A stretch of DNA of 60,631 nt from Candidatus Cacconaster equifaecalis (lineage in GTDB: Bacteria; Bacteroidota; Bacteroidia; Bacteroidales; UBA932): contig JAGHVE010000070.1 of assembly GCA_018064445.1 (NCBI GenBank), forward strand, positions 1-60,631. Direction: 5' to 3'. Both the position numbers and the translations under genes were made by a program. This document shows positions 58,663 to 60,631 of the stretch, in pieces (position 1 is the stretch's first letter; each line of letters begins with the position of its first letter). The notes under the pieces are model-generated. The model did not search any database, was not told where the DNA came from, and worked only from the letters and a program-made list of their open reading frames with translations.

Positions 58663-59664
58663 TTAGCAGGCTTTTCCGTCGCTGCCGAGGACGTTCACGA
58701 TCTTGTGCGTGTAGAGTTTCTTCATCTCGTCACGTGCAGGTCCGCAGTATTTGCGGGGGTCGAATTCACCGGGCTTCTCTACGAATACCTTGCGGATTGC
58801 GGCGGTCATTGCAAGACGGCTGTCGGAGTCGATGTTGATCTTGCAGACGGCGCTCTTGGAAGCCTGACGGAGTTGTTCTTCGGGGATGCCGACTGCATCG
58901 GGAAGCTTGCCGCCGTGGGTGTTGATGATGTCAACGTACTCCTGGGGAACTGAAGATGAGCCGTGGAGAACGATAGGGAAGCCGGGAAGCTGCTCTTCCA
59001 CACCCTTCAGGACATCGAATGCCAATGGAGGAGGTACGAGCTTGCCTGTCTTGGGGTCGCGGGTGCACTGTTCGGGTTTGAACTTGTATGCACCGTGGCT
59101 TGTTCCGATGGAGATGGCGAGGGAGTCGCAGCCTGTACGGGTTGCGAAATCAACAACCTCTTCGGGTTTTGTGTAGTGTGATTCCTCCGCGCATACCTCA
59201 TCTTCAACGCCTGCCAGGACACCGAGTTCAGCCTCTACGGTTACGTCATATTTGTGAGCGTATTCAACGACTTTCTTGGTGAGGGCGATGTTGTCTTCGT
59301 AGGGGAGTGAACTTCCGTCAATCATTACTGAAGAGAAACCCATATCTACGCAGCTCTTGCAGAGTTCGAAGCTGTCACCGTGGTCGAGGTGAAGGACAAT
59401 CTGGGGTTTCTCCCAACCGAGTTCCTTTGCGTACTCGACTGCTCCCTGAGCCATATAGCGGAGGAGGGTCTGGTTCGCGTAGTTGCGGGCTCCCTTGGAA
59501 ACCTGGAGGATGACGGGGGATTTGGTTTCGGCTGAGGCCTGGATGATGGCCTGAAGCTGTTCCATATTGTTGAAATTGAATGCAGGGATGGCATATCCGC
59601 CTTTCACTGCCTTGGCGAACATATCACGGGTGTTCACCAGTCCTAAATCTTTGTAAGAAACCAT
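58663..59664 (-). CDS. fbaA: Class II fructose-1,6-bisphosphate aldolase
   Basis: 333 aa with AIPAFNFNN, VILQVS, LHLDHGDS and HGSSSVPQE motifs. Confidence 0.95.
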   Translation of the reverse strand: MVSYKDLGLVNTRDMFAKAVKGGYAIPAFNFNNMEQLQAIIQASAETKSPVILQVSKGARNYANQTLLRYMAQGAVEYAKELGWEKPQIVLHLDHGDSFELCKSCVDMGFSSVMIDGSSLPYEDNIALTKKVVEYAHKYDVTVEAELGVLAGVEDEVCAEESHYTKPEEVVDFATRTGCDSLAISIGTSHGAYKFKPEQCTRDPKTGKLVPPPLAFDVLKGVEEQLPGFPIVLHGSSSVPQEYVDIINTHGGKLPDAVGIPEEQLRQASKSAVCKINIDSDSRLAMTAAIRKVFVEKPGEFDPRKYCGPARDEMKKLYTHKIVNVLGSDGKAC

Positions 59665-59701
59665 ATTTTTGTGTTTAACTTGAAATTCAAACTCAATCTC
59701 G

Positions 59702-59709
59702 CAAATATA
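59702..59709 (-). promoter_or_regulatory. Candidate -7 box (TATATTTG on the minus strand) for fbaA
   Basis: Plus-strand caaatata, 37 nt upstream of the ATG at 59664. Confidence 0.45.
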
Positions 59710-59731
59710 ATGATAATTCTTGGAATTTGAC

Positions 59732-59739
59732 TAATTTTG
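59732..59739 (+). promoter_or_regulatory. Candidate -7 box (TAATTTTG) for nadD
   Basis: Exact TAnnTTTG match, only 4 nt upstream of the ATG at 59744. A second ATG lies at 59750. Confidence 0.4.
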
Positions 59740-59743
59740 GCTT

Positions 59744-60301
59744 ATGAAAATGAAGACTGGCACTGAAAAACTTAAAACTGCGTTGCTGTTCGGGTCGTTC
59801 AATCCGCTGCACGAGGGGCATCTTGCAATTCTGAAATATGTCCTCGAAAATTGCCGGGACTGCCGGGCCGGAATTGTTGTCTCCCCTGAAAATCCATTCA
59901 AGAAGGGCATTGGAGTCAACGCCGCAAGCAGGCTTGAGGCCGTCCGCAGGACCGTGAAGGAGACAGGCCTGGACATTGACGTGCTGGACGTGGAATTTTC
60001 TCTTCCCTGGCCTCTGTACACCATAAACACGCTGCGTTATCTGAGAGACAACAATCCGGACAGGGAGTATGTCCTTGTCGTGGGGGCTGACTGTCTGGCG
60101 CAGATACCCCAATGGCACGAAGGGCTTCAGCTGCTGCGTGAATTCGAAGTGTGGGCCTATCCGCGTCAAGGCAGTGACGTCGAGGCGACGGCCGCCGAAC
60201 TCGATGCCCTCGACGGAATCCGCGGCGTGACTGTCCTCAGGGGTGAGTTGCACAATATATCTTCAACTGAAATCAGGAACCGGCAGAACCCGATGTCCTG
60301 A
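59744..60301 (+). CDS. nadD: Nicotinate-nucleotide adenylyltransferase
   Basis: 185 aa with GSFNPLHEGHL (an (H/T)xGH motif) and a C-terminal ISSTEIR motif. Confidence 0.9.
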   Translation: MKMKTGTEKLKTALLFGSFNPLHEGHLAILKYVLENCRDCRAGIVVSPENPFKKGIGVNAASRLEAVRRTVKETGLDIDVLDVEFSLPWPLYTINTLRYLRDNNPDREYVLVVGADCLAQIPQWHEGLQLLREFEVWAYPRQGSDVEATAAELDALDGIRGVTVLRGELHNISSTEIRNRQNPMS

Positions 60302-60507
60302 CCGGCGGGGGCGGGTTGGCTTCGGATTCCCCAGAAACGGCATTCGTGATGCCAAATCGGGTGATAAATCGAGAAAATAATCCCGGCATGCATCGGTTGC
60401 ACGCGAAAGAGGACCAACTCCCTGTTGTGTTGCAAATCATCTGCGCAACTGCCATTCGCGGAATCGGCCTCTGATGGGCTTTCGGACTGGATTTCTTTCA
60501 ATGTCCG

Positions 60508-60542
60508 TGCGCAGATCCCTCCCGCCGGGCCTCATCTGCGCA
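60508..60542. repeat. Perfect 9-bp inverted repeat (TGCGCAGAT / ATCTGCGCA) with a 17-nt spacer, part of a cluster of TGCGCAG-type motifs
   Basis: TGCGCAGAT at 60508-60516 pairs with ATCTGCGCA at 60534-60542. The 11-mer TCATCTGCGCA occurs twice (60437-60447 and 60532-60542) and TGCGCAGA occurs again at 60581-60588. Confidence 0.6.
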
Positions 60543-60631
60543 GCGATGCCCGTCCTCACGCGTGTAAAACGCATACTCTTTGCGCAGACGATTTGCAGAA
60601 CGTTACCGATGTTGCGGGTGGCAGGGGCGGG

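Noticed and set aside
60437-60631. Edge-truncated minus-strand ORF (64 codons plus stop), and the plus-strand ORF from 60501
   Set aside because: Both are short, mutually overlapping and compositionally odd (Arg-rich), and neither has a family match I can recall. I did not call either as a CDS and reported the region only as a finding.

Overview
This 60.6-kb window reads as a contiguous chromosomal segment of a Bacteroidota (Bacteroidales-like) genome. About 50 protein genes are tightly packed. Many gene starts are preceded by an exact TAnnTTTG box (the Bacteroidota -7 promoter element) and none by an obvious Shine-Dalgarno sequence. I found no rRNA, tRNA, CRISPR array, transposase, integrase or recognisable defence genes. 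Most of the content is housekeeping: glpKF, aroK, parC, era, prfA, prmC, clpB, gapA, coaD, xylAB, gcvP, mreBCD-mrdA-rodA, ispD, topA, a class A PBP, fbaA and nadD. Scattered among these are secreted glycan-degrading enzymes (GH36, GH29, GH95) with no SusC/SusD pair nearby. The best candidate for an undescribed system is a tight three-gene operon at 30.7-34.6 kb. It encodes a membrane-anchored tetraheme NapC/NirT-type cytochrome c fused to an FGE/SUMF1-fold domain that lacks the FGE catalytic cysteines. The other two genes encode a Tat-signal Gfo/Idh/MocA oxidoreductase lipoprotein and a Tat-signal xylose-isomerase-like TIM-barrel lipoprotein. Together they suggest a periplasmic oxidative glycoside-processing module wired to haem or quinone electron transfer. 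Other oddities include an MBL-fold hydrolase fused to a TonB-receptor Plug-like segment, a ClpB with no N-terminal domain, and a collapsed glycoside-hydrolase gene remnant. There is also a ThuA-like plus ADP-ribosylglycohydrolase-like lipoprotein pair and a sirtuin without zinc-binding cysteines. Two divergent promoter boxes form a perfect palindrome, many transcripts look leaderless, and convergent gene ends almost all overlap. All family assignments come from motif recognition by eye; no searches were run.
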